Part shown: in pieces, positions 47,902 through 57,566 of the stretch | How positions within the stretch are numbered: the stretch's first letter is position 1 | Layout: the number at the start of each line of letters is the position of its first letter | From: Oopsacas minuta | Lineage: Eukaryota; Animalia; Porifera | Direction of reading: 5' to 3' | DNA: 64,000 nt | Assembly: GCA_024704765.1 (NCBI GenBank) | Contig: JAKMXF010000255.1 | Span: 62,001 to 126,000 of the forward strand | Notes under the pieces: generated by a model | What the model was told of the DNA's origin: nothing | Database searches by the model: none | What the model saw: only the letters and a program-made list of their open reading frames with translations | Translations under genes and position numbers: made by a program

Positions 47902-50119
47902 ATGGCATCTGCAGACTCAGCTCCTTGCGAGAAGAATGGAGTAAAGAAGTCTCGTGCTCAGAAGAGAAGAGATAAGAAGGCAGCAGAAGAGGGACGTATT
48001 AACGAGTTGATAGCAGAATTGGATATGATACAGTCTGATGGTGATATAGAGATGGAACAGCTGATGCTAGTACTATCTCCACTAAACTTAAAGACTATCG
48101 ATATTAAGCCAGGTGAGTATGAGTGCAATTTATGATTTAATAATTTGCAAATATTTACGTTATACTACTCTAGATGGAGACTGTATGTACTCTGCCCTGT
48201 CTCACCAACTCGTGGTTGTTAGAGGCGATAAAGTGAGTGTACAACAGCTGAGGAGGAAGTGTGCTGAATACATGCGATCAAATAAACCACATTTCATACA
48301 GTTTATGTTGAAAATGACAGAATCATTCGAGGAATATTGCGAAAAGGTAAATTATAATTTCATAATATTTCTAATAATAAAGATTATTATTCATCTTTAA
48401 ATATGACAACACTTGTAATATAATACATTAAAGATAGCTATTATTATAGCATTTAAATACAATCTCACTCCTTATATCATATTCATATAGTAAACTATTG
48501 CATATTACTATTGAGAATATTTATGGCAACACGAGTAGCAGCAGTAGGAGAACTGATGTGTGTGGATGAGTTAGAGAGGAATCTAACAGATCTGACTAAC
48601 CACGTGCAGGGAGAGAAAGAGAAAGTGAGTAGTAACTTCCAGCAGTTACACAGTCTGTTAGTTGTGAGGGAGCACAGTCTGTTACAAGAGATGGATGAGG
48701 TTGTTATGAGAGCGAGACAAGAGTTCAATGAGAAGAGAGAGCTCCTCCAGGAACTGTGCACAGCCAGAGAAGGACTACAGAGAGACTTGAAAAAGAACAA
48801 ATTAAATGAAGTACTCGAGAAGAATCTAAGTACACTAAAAGATAAGATCGGAGAGGAAGTAGAAAGGGGTGTGGATGTGGGGTGGGTAGAGTTGTATTGG
48901 GAGAAGGAAGAGCTAGAACAATTAATTAATATTATTGGTAAGGTTACGATTTTGAAAGAAAAACCATTCAAAACTGAGGATTATACTCTCAAATTATTTC
49001 CTGTCTGGTCCCGTGAAGGAACAGGTCCTGGTGAGATTGAAAATCCTATGCAAGTAGTGATCGACAGTACAACACAAAATTTATATGTAGTTGATGCAAG
49101 TGCTAACATAATCCAAGTATTCGGTAAGATAGGTATCCATCTTCATAAAATACCAACTCCACCATCTCCTGTTGGTATATCAGTAACAGATGATTATATT
49201 TATGTGTCAACTAAAGATCAACTTGAGAAGATAAGTAAAGGTAACAACGAATCGGTTGGATCAGGTAAAACTGAGAATGAAATTTGGGGAATTGATATTG
49301 ACAAGAACACGAATAATATTTATGGATGTGAGCATGAGAAAAAGTCTGTTATAGTGTTTGACGAAAATCTCAAATTTGTTAAGAGAATCGCTCTTAAATC
49401 TCCTCAAATCAAGTCCAATACAAAAACAAACAGTGTCAAACTTTATCAAGATAATTTGTACGTCATGTTTGGAGGATTTCCTCCTTTCCATCTACAAATA
49501 TTCTCTCTAGAAGGAGAGCTAGTGAGGTGTTTGATAGAAGAAAATGAGATTGAGTGGAGCTACTTTTTCTCAATCGATCAATTGGGGAATATTATCGTAG
49601 CAGATTGGTTGAGGGGAGGAAATCAAATCAAAATATTCTCTAACAAAGGAGAAGTAATACATACTATCAGTGACGATATGCTACCAGGTGATCAGAAGTT
49701 CGATTTCCCTCGAGGAGTAGCGGTCGATAAATCCAATAAAATCATTGTAGCTCAGAAAAACAAGAAATGTAGTCTACAAGCTTTCTAAGCTCAAAACTTA
49801 GTTATTTATTTATTAGCAAAATCTAATAGACAATTATTATATTTGTATTAGCTGTTTGAATTGCATTAGTTTATGAGTCTCGTTTTGCAGTTTTCTGGGA
49901 TAATGTTAATGTTTCTAGGTTGAGGATTCTACTGAGTGGGGAGGTCACATCGAGTTAGAAGCTCTCTCTCAAACTCTACAAGCACAAATACACGTCTACC
50001 AAGCTGGAGGAGCTACCCAGATTATCGGAGAATCATTTCCAGCTCCCTTTCTTCTATTATCTTATCACAAACACCAATTCCATCTGGGAGAGCATTACAA
50101 TTCTATTGTTAAGAGTTAA
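47902..50119 (+). CDS. OTUD6B: OTU deubiquitinase 6B-like
   Basis: Exons 47902-48112, 48174-48346 and 49919-50119 splice in phase: IKPDGDCMYSAL (catalytic Cys), WGGHIELEALS, SYHKHQFHLGEHYNSI (catalytic His). Confidence 0.88.
48523..49788 (+). CDS. Coiled-coil + NHL-repeat protein, paralogue of 9959-11221, nested (same strand) in OTUD6B intron 2
   Basis: First 89 aa differ from the other copy at only 4 positions; NHL repeats follow; intronless. Confidence 0.85.
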   Translation: MATRVAAVGELMCVDELERNLTDLTNHVQGEKEKVSSNFQQLHSLLVVREHSLLQEMDEVVMRARQEFNEKRELLQELCTAREGLQRDLKKNKLNEVLEKNLSTLKDKIGEEVERGVDVGWVELYWEKEELEQLINIIGKVTILKEKPFKTEDYTLKLFPVWSREGTGPGEIENPMQVVIDSTTQNLYVVDASANIIQVFGKIGIHLHKIPTPPSPVGISVTDDYIYVSTKDQLEKISKGNNESVGSGKTENEIWGIDIDKNTNNIYGCEHEKKSVIVFDENLKFVKRIALKSPQIKSNTKTNSVKLYQDNLYVMFGGFPPFHLQIFSLEGELVRCLIEENEIEWSYFFSIDQLGNIIVADWLRGGNQIKIFSNKGEVIHTISDDMLPGDQKFDFPRGVAVDKSNKIIVAQKNKKCSLQAF

Positions 50120-50229
50120 CAACAGCCATGCCATTAATAAATATACATATGTATTATTATAGAATTTGATAAATTACACATGTGACAATATGATAAATAG
50201 CATAAGCATATCAGGTTCAATGATAAGCT

Positions 50230-51009
50230 CTAATCAGTAGACAACAGTTTATATTTGTCTCTCAATACAGCTAATGTATTCTCCATAGCACACCCCTGTC
50301 TTATTATCTGATATCTTCCATTAGTAGACAGATCTACTACAGTAGACCCGTCCTTAGAACCAGTTCCCACCCTTCCTGCATCAATAACTAAATCTAGCTT
50401 TTCCCATAACGGTTTAAACTCCTCGACAGTTGTACTGCTTGTCTGTGAGCTGTAATTAGCACTTGTTAGAGCTAGTGGGTAGCTGCAAATAACTGCTAGA
50501 TCCTGTATATATGAGAACTTTGGTATTCTGATCCCTACCTTACTGTGAGTAGGGTTTAGATCTGGGTTAAGCTCTGGGCTACGTTCGAACACTAGAGTAA
50601 CAGGGCCAGGCAGTAGGTCATGCAGTAGGTCATTGTCTACTGATACTTTACAAATATGACTAATACTCTCTACTGTAGGTACACAAATCGCTAGAGGCTT
50701 ACTCTCTGCACGACCTAAATAATAAGTAATATTATAGCTATCAATTTGCATAGCAAATCTGCGAAATATATTACCTTTCAATTCATAAATATTCTTCACT
50801 GCATTACTAATGGATGCGAGACAAGCAATACCATATATGGTATCAGTAGGTACACCGATTAATCCTCCATCCTCCAGTACTTTAGCTGTCTCTTCCAATG
50901 CGTTATTATACTCCTTAGTATCTCTTGATAAACCCGAAACTCTTATAATTTTACTCAAAGGTTTAGCAACAAAATCAGCCATATTTCTTGCGAATATATT
51001 TGTTAGCAT
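50230..51009 (-). CDS. YRDC: Threonylcarbamoyl-AMP synthase (YrdC/Sua5), one 60-nt intron at 50715-50774
   Basis: GVPTDTIYGIAC, KG|RAESKPLAICV, LLPGPVTLVF, PLALTSAN, STVVDLS. Confidence 0.92.
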   Translation of the reverse strand: MLTNIFARNMADFVAKPLSKIIRVSGLSRDTKEYNNALEETAKVLEDGGLIGVPTDTIYGIACLASISNAVKNIYELKGNIFRRFAMQIDSYNITYYLGRAESKPLAICVPTVESISHICKVSVDNDLLHDLLPGPVTLVFERSPELNPDLNPTHSKVGIRIPKFSYIQDLAVICSYPLALTSANYSSQTSSTTVEEFKPLWEKLDLVIDAGRVGTGSKDGSTVVDLSTNGRYQIIRQGCAMENTLAVLRDKYKLLSTD

Positions 51010-51108
51010 AAATCTTGTCTTGTTAGATTCCTAAGTTTCTAACCAACCTTATTAATCAAATAATTAATACTTTCATCATAAAATTCAATTACGTATAATA
51101 CTTAAGTA

Positions 51109-51236
51109 CAGTCATTTACAGTTATACCGAAGCTCAAGGAACCGCGAATATTCCTTCTATATAATCAGTGTAATTATTTTACGGTTTGGGGGCCATATCA
51201 GACGATTTTAGACTTCGATACAGCAGGAGTTGACTG
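51109..51236. mobile_element. MITE family A copy in the YRDC/DGAT1 divergent intergenic region
   Basis: TA|cagtcatttacagttataccgaagctcaaggaaccgcg...cttcgatacagcaggagttgactg|TA. Confidence 0.75.
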
Positions 51237-51274
51237 TACTTGATACTTCCATTTATCAGTTATCTAGCTTCTAA

Positions 51275-53616
51275 ATGAGTAGAGAAATTACACAGACGCT
51301 TACAATGCAAGAACCAAGCCACACGGCCCCTGTCTCCAAAGAGTACACTGTTGGAAATAAGAGGAAAATGTTCACAAGACAAGAATCTCTTGTCAAGCTA
51401 TTAAAACCGTAAGAAACAATAAAATATTATTTAATTACACAATTTATAAATCACTTTATGTAGATGCCACAGTGTAGCAGATTCTCTTCTCTCTGCTCAA
51501 AATAAGTTTGAGATGAACTATAGAGGAATTGTAACCTGGGTCATAATTATTCTGGTATATTCACAGTAAACAAGTAAACAAACAAACAATATGATCATAC
51601 AATCCTTTAGTTCTGTTCAAACGTAAAGAATGCCTTCAGTAACATATCCAAATATGGTATCCGTGTACGACCTCTGGGGGTCTATACTTGGTGTGTGGAG
51701 TTCTTTATGGATCCTTACAATTGGCCGTGTATATGCCTACTGTTAGGTTAGTGTATAGACAATATCTATATCGTGACGTCATGATTATATGTAATATTAT
51801 TAACAGGATATCCCATTGTTGTAACCGTCATTTTACAAGTTGAGAAACTTCTAAGTCAGGTAAATTTCATATACCGGTATATTATTCTGAGAATTGTTCG
51901 GTACACTTAATATAAATTATTCTAGAAACGGATTAGTCCAAATCTCGGAGTTATAATTCATTCAATAACCTTCTCTGCTATACTCGGAGTACCAGCTGGA
52001 GTTCTTTTCAGTGTTCAGCATTCTCCAAGTGAGCTATACATACACATACAAACAGTAAACAAATAATAATAATGTATACAATAAACGTATATTTGTAGTT
52101 GCTGCATTCTTCATCCTACTCGGCTACTCTATCTTATGGCTGAAAATGATCTCGTATGTAGAGGTGAATCACTGGGAGAGAGAGATGATTAAAGGCAATT
52201 ATAACTCTACAAAGACAAGTGAGTATATTATCCGTGATAGCTATACATTAGCTAAATTAATTCAATCCCATAGTGAAGAATGAGAGCACTAAAGAGACGC
52301 TTGTTACATACCCAAACAACCTCAATTACAGAGGTAATAAATATCATTAACGCTATGTGGGTATTAAGCAGTATTCTATTAGATATTATATACTTCGTGT
52401 TTGTACCCACTCTCTGTTACGAGCTTAACTTCCCAAGAACAGAGAAGATACGGATTGGATTTATGTTCAGAAGACTAGCAGAGTTCATTCTTCTTTTCCA
52501 GCTATTAATATTCCTTGTACAACAGGTATACAAGTATTCTAAAATGTGTCATTTGTATATGACATTCAATGTTAATTCATTATTTTAGTGGGTCATACCT
52601 GGAATTGAGAGTTCTATGAAACCGCTTAGAGTGAGTTTAATAAACCATTAAATATACACAAAATAGTCTGAATGTAAATGTATTATACTTTTAGGATATG
52701 GAATTGCATCGATTGGTAGAGAGATTATTCAGTTTAGCGGTTTGTTAACCTTTATTTGATTTTAATAATTATTTATTTGATAATTAAAAGTATCTTCAAC
52801 AGATTCCAAACCATTTTATTTGGCTGATCATGTTCTATGGATATTTCCATTGCTTTTTCAACTTCTTAGGCGAAGCAACTAGGTTTGGAGATCGACGATT
52901 TTACAGAGATTGGTGGTTAGTTCATCAATCTATCTATCTACAGTAGAACTCGGATAGGACATTCCCTCTCGGGAAACAAAATTCAGTATGTACTAACTGA
53001 AGTACATGCACGTCTTATCCGAATATTGTTCCTATACAATTAGACAAAAATTGGTGATCTTCATTGTAGGAATGCACAGACCATCAGGGAGTTCTGGACA
53101 CATTGGAACGTTCCAACACACAGATGGCTAGTTAGGTAATACTCATAACTACTACTGATACTTAATTCTACTGTAATTATTACATGAATTGCTAGACATG
53201 TATACAAACCAATGCTATCACAAGGCTATTCAAAGAGAACTTCATTCTTTTTTGTGTTTCTACTATCAAGCTTTTTCCATGAGGTATTACATATATATTA
53301 AAAACATGCAAATCTATAAATATTTATTATAATATCATATCTACTTTGTCTAGTATCTTGTCAGCATACCTCTGAGAATGCTCAGATTGTGGGCTTTCAT
53401 TGGCATGTTAATTCAAGTGAGTTATGTGACGTAGCTACGTCACTTTGATAAACACAATCATTCTATTTATAACTTATACTTCCTAAGGTTCCGTTTTCTT
53501 TGATAACTGAGATGTTTTTCAAAGGAGATTATGGTAACGGAGCTATGTGGTTCTCCATCATAGTAGGACAGCCTGCTATTATTCTGATGTATGTACACGA
53601 CTATTTCTACTTATAA
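51275..53616 (+). CDS. DGAT1: Diacylglycerol O-acyltransferase 1 (MBOAT), about 16 small exons (not in the ORF track as a whole)
   Basis: Spliced peptides RCHSVADSLLS...NYRGI, YPNNLNYR|DIIYFVFVPTLCYELNFPR, IPNHFIWL, FGDRRFYRDWW|NAQ, WNVPTHRW, SSFFHE|YLVSIPLRM and YVHDYFYL match DGAT1. Confidence 0.93.
52941..53028. mobile_element. Degenerate pogo-like MITE in a DGAT1 intron
   Basis: TA|cagtagaactcggataggac ... gtcttatccgaat. Confidence 0.45.
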
Positions 53617-53863
53617 CACCGCCTCGAATAGAAACTTTAAATAATTAGCAGTGCATAAAGTAGATATACGTGTCTATTGCGATTTTAATTGGAAATTCTA
53701 TTTGTAATTTTGAGTGATTTATCGGATGGAAATTGAGATTTTGTATTGTATTATATTCATTATTGTTTGGAGATTTTAAACATAAAATAAGAAATTTTCT
53801 ATTCTTTAATTAGGTTTATTACTAGAAAGTGAAATCGAGCATGTATAGTATCTAAAAAGTTAT

Positions 53864-55192
53864 TTAAATACTATGTCCCATGATGACGTCACTGCTATCT
53901 TCCACACTAACATCACCGTTCAAGACATGGCTTAGACTAGCCATGTCAGTTGCAATCAGATAACTGAGAGAGATAACTTTCTCAAACCAGAATGCATTGT
54001 TGCCATTCGGAGTTGCAATGTTTGAATTCGGAACGAATTTGTTTTCAACTTTTGTTTCTTTATGCGTGGGTTTATCCTTCAGAAAATAAGGCAAGTTATC
54101 AACCACACACGCACACTTCCAATCAGGTATCATACTAGCCCAGTATACATCTGACTGTAGACTATCTCCAGCATATAACACACTAGGATTATCTTTATTT
54201 GTGAAGCTACGTAGGAACTTACTTAAATGATCAATATTTCCTTGAGTGTATACACCTCCAATCTCAATCACATCGGCTTCCGTCTTACCATCTATCAGGG
54301 AGAGTTTGTACAATAATTGTCCAATGTTCTTAAAATATTTGGGTTTTCTAGCCTGTGAAATAATAACTGTAAACAGTTCTCTCCATTCTTCACCATATAC
54401 TATCTTCATTATATTATTAGCATATTCATAGCCAGAAGATGTGAGTAGGAACACACACTTGCCGTTTGCCTTGAGTGACTTGATTGTGTCGATAGTATTC
54501 TTCTCAACTTTTTTCACGAATTTGTCAGAATTTTGTATACACATATTGTAAAAGGATGATTTCTCCGTTTCTCTATAAAATTGTACATATGCTTTCATCA
54601 AATTCTTGAAAGTATGAACGAACTCTTCTCTCTTATCCTCAACTTTTGTTTTTGAGTTCTTTATTGATTCTATGAGACAGGCAAATATCCCAGCACCTGG
54701 AGTACCAAATTCACTATCAAGTATAAAGTATGTACCGATCTCTAGCTTGTCAGGATTGGGGTAGTTACCCAAGGCGTATGACATAAACACTTTATCCCAC
54801 TCTTTCCAGGTACCAGCTCCGTAAATTTCAGTTCGTTCCTCATCTGTTAAAGCTGTTAGCCCGTAGAATGCCTGTACTATAACTCCATCTTTATCGGCTT
54901 GTAGGACATGCCCAGTGTCTGCCTGCAGAATCACCCCTCTAAAAAACATATGTTTTATTTGCTCATAGGGAAGGAATACATCTTTTGAAATGTTATAAGA
55001 TTCTATCATATACTCCTGTATGTATTTGTATACTTTCTCCATTTTGTAATCTCTGTGGTACTCAAGTAGTGTGTGATCCATGTCGAATCCGTAAGCATCG
55101 AAATCACTGGGACTTTTTGATAGTTTCCTCCTCTTCTCATTAGGTGGATTATCAATTGTATGTGTTAGGGTATCAGGTCTTAGAAGAGACAT
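53864..55192 (-). CDS. NT5DC1: 5'-nucleotidase domain-containing protein 1 (HAD superfamily), intronless
   Basis: HAD motif I YGFDMDHTL, FLLTSS, QARKPKYF, YAGDSLQSDV. The likely start is MSLLRPD at 55192, because most of the longer ORF start lies in a MITE. Confidence 0.85.
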   Translation of the reverse strand: MSLLRPDTLTHTIDNPPNEKRRKLSKSPSDFDAYGFDMDHTLLEYHRDYKMEKVYKYIQEYMIESYNISKDVFLPYEQIKHMFFRGVILQADTGHVLQADKDGVIVQAFYGLTALTDEERTEIYGAGTWKEWDKVFMSYALGNYPNPDKLEIGTYFILDSEFGTPGAGIFACLIESIKNSKTKVEDKREEFVHTFKNLMKAYVQFYRETEKSSFYNMCIQNSDKFVKKVEKNTIDTIKSLKANGKCVFLLTSSGYEYANNIMKIVYGEEWRELFTVIISQARKPKYFKNIGQLLYKLSLIDGKTEADVIEIGGVYTQGNIDHLSKFLRSFTNKDNPSVLYAGDSLQSDVYWASMIPDWKCACVVDNLPYFLKDKPTHKETKVENKFVPNSNIATPNGNNAFWFEKVISLSYLIATDMASLSHVLNGDVSVEDSSDVIMGHSI

Positions 55193-55235
55193 TTTGTTTC
55201 TAACTGAACTAGTATTACAAGCTTGATTGTAGGTA

Positions 55236-55352
55236 CAGTCAACTCCTGTTATATCTATAGCGGAATTAGACAACCAATGAATTGTATGCTACTTTGAGGG
55301 TTCTGGACTATATTTGTATAAGTTCAGACTTTGATATAACGGGAATTGATTG
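55236..55352. mobile_element. MITE family A copy
   Basis: TA|cagtcaactcctgttatatc...gatataacgggaattgattg|TA. Confidence 0.75.
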
Positions 55353-55423
55353 TATAATAATAATAATGGGAAGTAACAATATGCAAAAATGGCGAACCAT
55401 CAAAACTAAATCAAAATAAATTA

Positions 55424-55753
55424 CTAAGAATGTATGTGTCGTATTTTAGATAATTCATCTTTCAGCGTTTCAAAGCATGATCCATAGAATGTGTAAACCT
55501 TCTCTCCTTGGCTCAGTACAATACAAGCAGGTATAACTCCTATTTCATATTTTGCTTTGATGTCTTTCATCAGTTCAACATTCACTTTGACGAATTTCAC
55601 CTCGGAAAAGTCCTCACTCAATTTATCAATGCTAGGTGATAACAAATTACAAGGTGTACACCAATCTGCATAGAAGTACATTAACAGAAGAGGTGTAGAA
55701 CTTATGGTACAGTCTAGTTCTTCTATACTTGAAATTTCCGGAAGTGAAGACAT
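55424..55753 (-). CDS. Thioredoxin (WCTPC)
   Basis: YFYADWCTPC, FVKVNV, cis-Pro loop IPA; 109 aa. Confidence 0.9.
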   Translation of the reverse strand: MSSLPEISSIEELDCTISSTPLLLMYFYADWCTPCNLLSPSIDKLSEDFSEVKFVKVNVELMKDIKAKYEIGVIPACIVLSQGEKVYTFYGSCFETLKDELSKIRHIHS

Positions 55754-56312
55754 GTGCGGAGTTGTTTACCGATTTAGAAGTGAAAAATCAATTTCCTTTG
55801 GTTATTTATACTTACTGGCCCTCAACTTGCTTGCTAAGATTCTATAATTATTTCTAGGTGACTTGCGAGTCAGGTACTTAGCAAAATTCCTAAATAAAAA
55901 CAATGAATCCAGTCAAAGAGTTAAAGATTCCAACACACACATACAGTTACTACACAAATAAGTGTGTGTATAAAATTAGAACTTCGAAATCTATCAGCAT
56001 TCAGCATATTAATGTCTCTATTTTGTTAAATCAAGGGAGCCCTCTATGGGAGGTAGGGAGCATATAGGTAAGGGAACTATTGTGGCTTGTTATTACAACT
56101 TGTCATTTCCTAGTAGCCGCCATGTTACTATGTTAGATAAAGCCCACCATCATTAACGATGCAACTATTATACGAATCAAATTGTTAGTGTATTGTGTGC
56201 TTGATTAAGGTTTGTAAACGAAGACTGTAAGATGAATAAATAAGTAAAAGCAACTTGATTGATATTTAATTCCATTGAAAAACATTACAGCAATTGTATA
56301 CAGGAAATTTAC

Positions 56313-56654
56313 TTATTCATAACAATAGTTGAGTTGTATTTGGGATAATACGTCTTGAAGTGCGTCTTTCCTCGCTCCGTAGAATGTGTATAATTCCTCG
56401 CCTTGATTCAGTATAACGCAAGCGGGTACAATTTCTATTCCGTATCTAGATTTGATATCTTTCCTGAGTTCAACATTTACTTTGACGAATTTCATATCGT
56501 CAAAGTCTTCAGTAAATTCCTCAATACTTGGCGACATTAACTCACAAGGTGTGCACCAGTCTGCGTAGAAGTACATTACCAGAGGAGAGTTTGTGGAAGT
56601 TAGAAGCAGGTCCAGCTCTTCCATGCTCGATATTTCAAAAGTTGATGAAGGCAT
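56313..56654 (-). CDS. Thioredoxin (WCTPC), close tandem paralogue of 55424-55753
   Basis: YFYADWCTPC, FVKVNVEL, VPA; ATG at 56654. Confidence 0.9.
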   Translation of the reverse strand: MPSSTFEISSMEELDLLLTSTNSPLVMYFYADWCTPCELMSPSIEEFTEDFDDMKFVKVNVELRKDIKSRYGIEIVPACVILNQGEELYTFYGARKDALQDVLSQIQLNYCYE

Positions 56655-57566
56655 TATAAGATGATTCTTGAGTGTCAGATATACTTGACACAATTCGTAT
56701 TCTTTCAATATTTATACTCCCTCGTTAGATTCTTGTTTACGTTACATCATAAATAGTCAAGTTGATCATTCAATATCTGGATAGATAGAATAATAGAAAG
56801 TAATTGAATCTAGAATTAGAAATGTAATCATAAGATTGAAATATTCTAAAATGCGGTTGATTGTACTTCATTTCTTAATGAGCTATCCGATTTCTGTAAA
56901 ATAAGAATGTTGTGATATAATGTTTTAAAGATAATACTAATAAACAAACAAATGTATCTGTGACAAACTTGGAAAGTCACGATATATACCAAAAGTGAGT
57001 ATACGTAATTACGTATTCAGGGAGGCCATAACTCACAAAGTTGGTGTATAGATAGATGGCTCAAGGAGAGCCAAATGACCAAATGGCAGATCTTAAAACT
57101 GTTGCTTAATTTACAATTTTACAGAAACAAAGATAATTACAGTAGAAATCAGTTAATACTTAAAATGCGTCCACTCTAATTGTCCACCGGTGGGGAATGG
57201 GGTTCGAAGCGGAGAATTCGAGCATACAGAACCCTGAACAATTACATAATTCGAAGTGAAAGTGAGTATGTACTTCTCTCCAAACCGGATTATCTATCCT
57301 TTTACTAATTGTATAGCAAGTATATTCGGTTAGAACGTATCAATATTGTCTCCTGAGGGTGTGTCTTATCAGAGTTCTACCTTATGTGATAAAAATATTA
57401 CTGCAATAAAATTCCTATTTAATAACAAAAGAGAAAATATACGCAGGATATTATTTACAGCAATAATTATTTAATAGAAATAAAGAAATAGAATTTGTAG
57501 GCTCCAGCGATTGTAAATTATAAATGAAGAGAAAGTGAACAAACTGTATTTGCAAGTTACATCAAA

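Noticed and set aside
55193-55273. 27-aa N-terminal extension of the NT5DC1 ORF
   Set aside because: Its start codon and roughly the first half lie within MITE family A (55236-55352); the downstream ATG is more credible.
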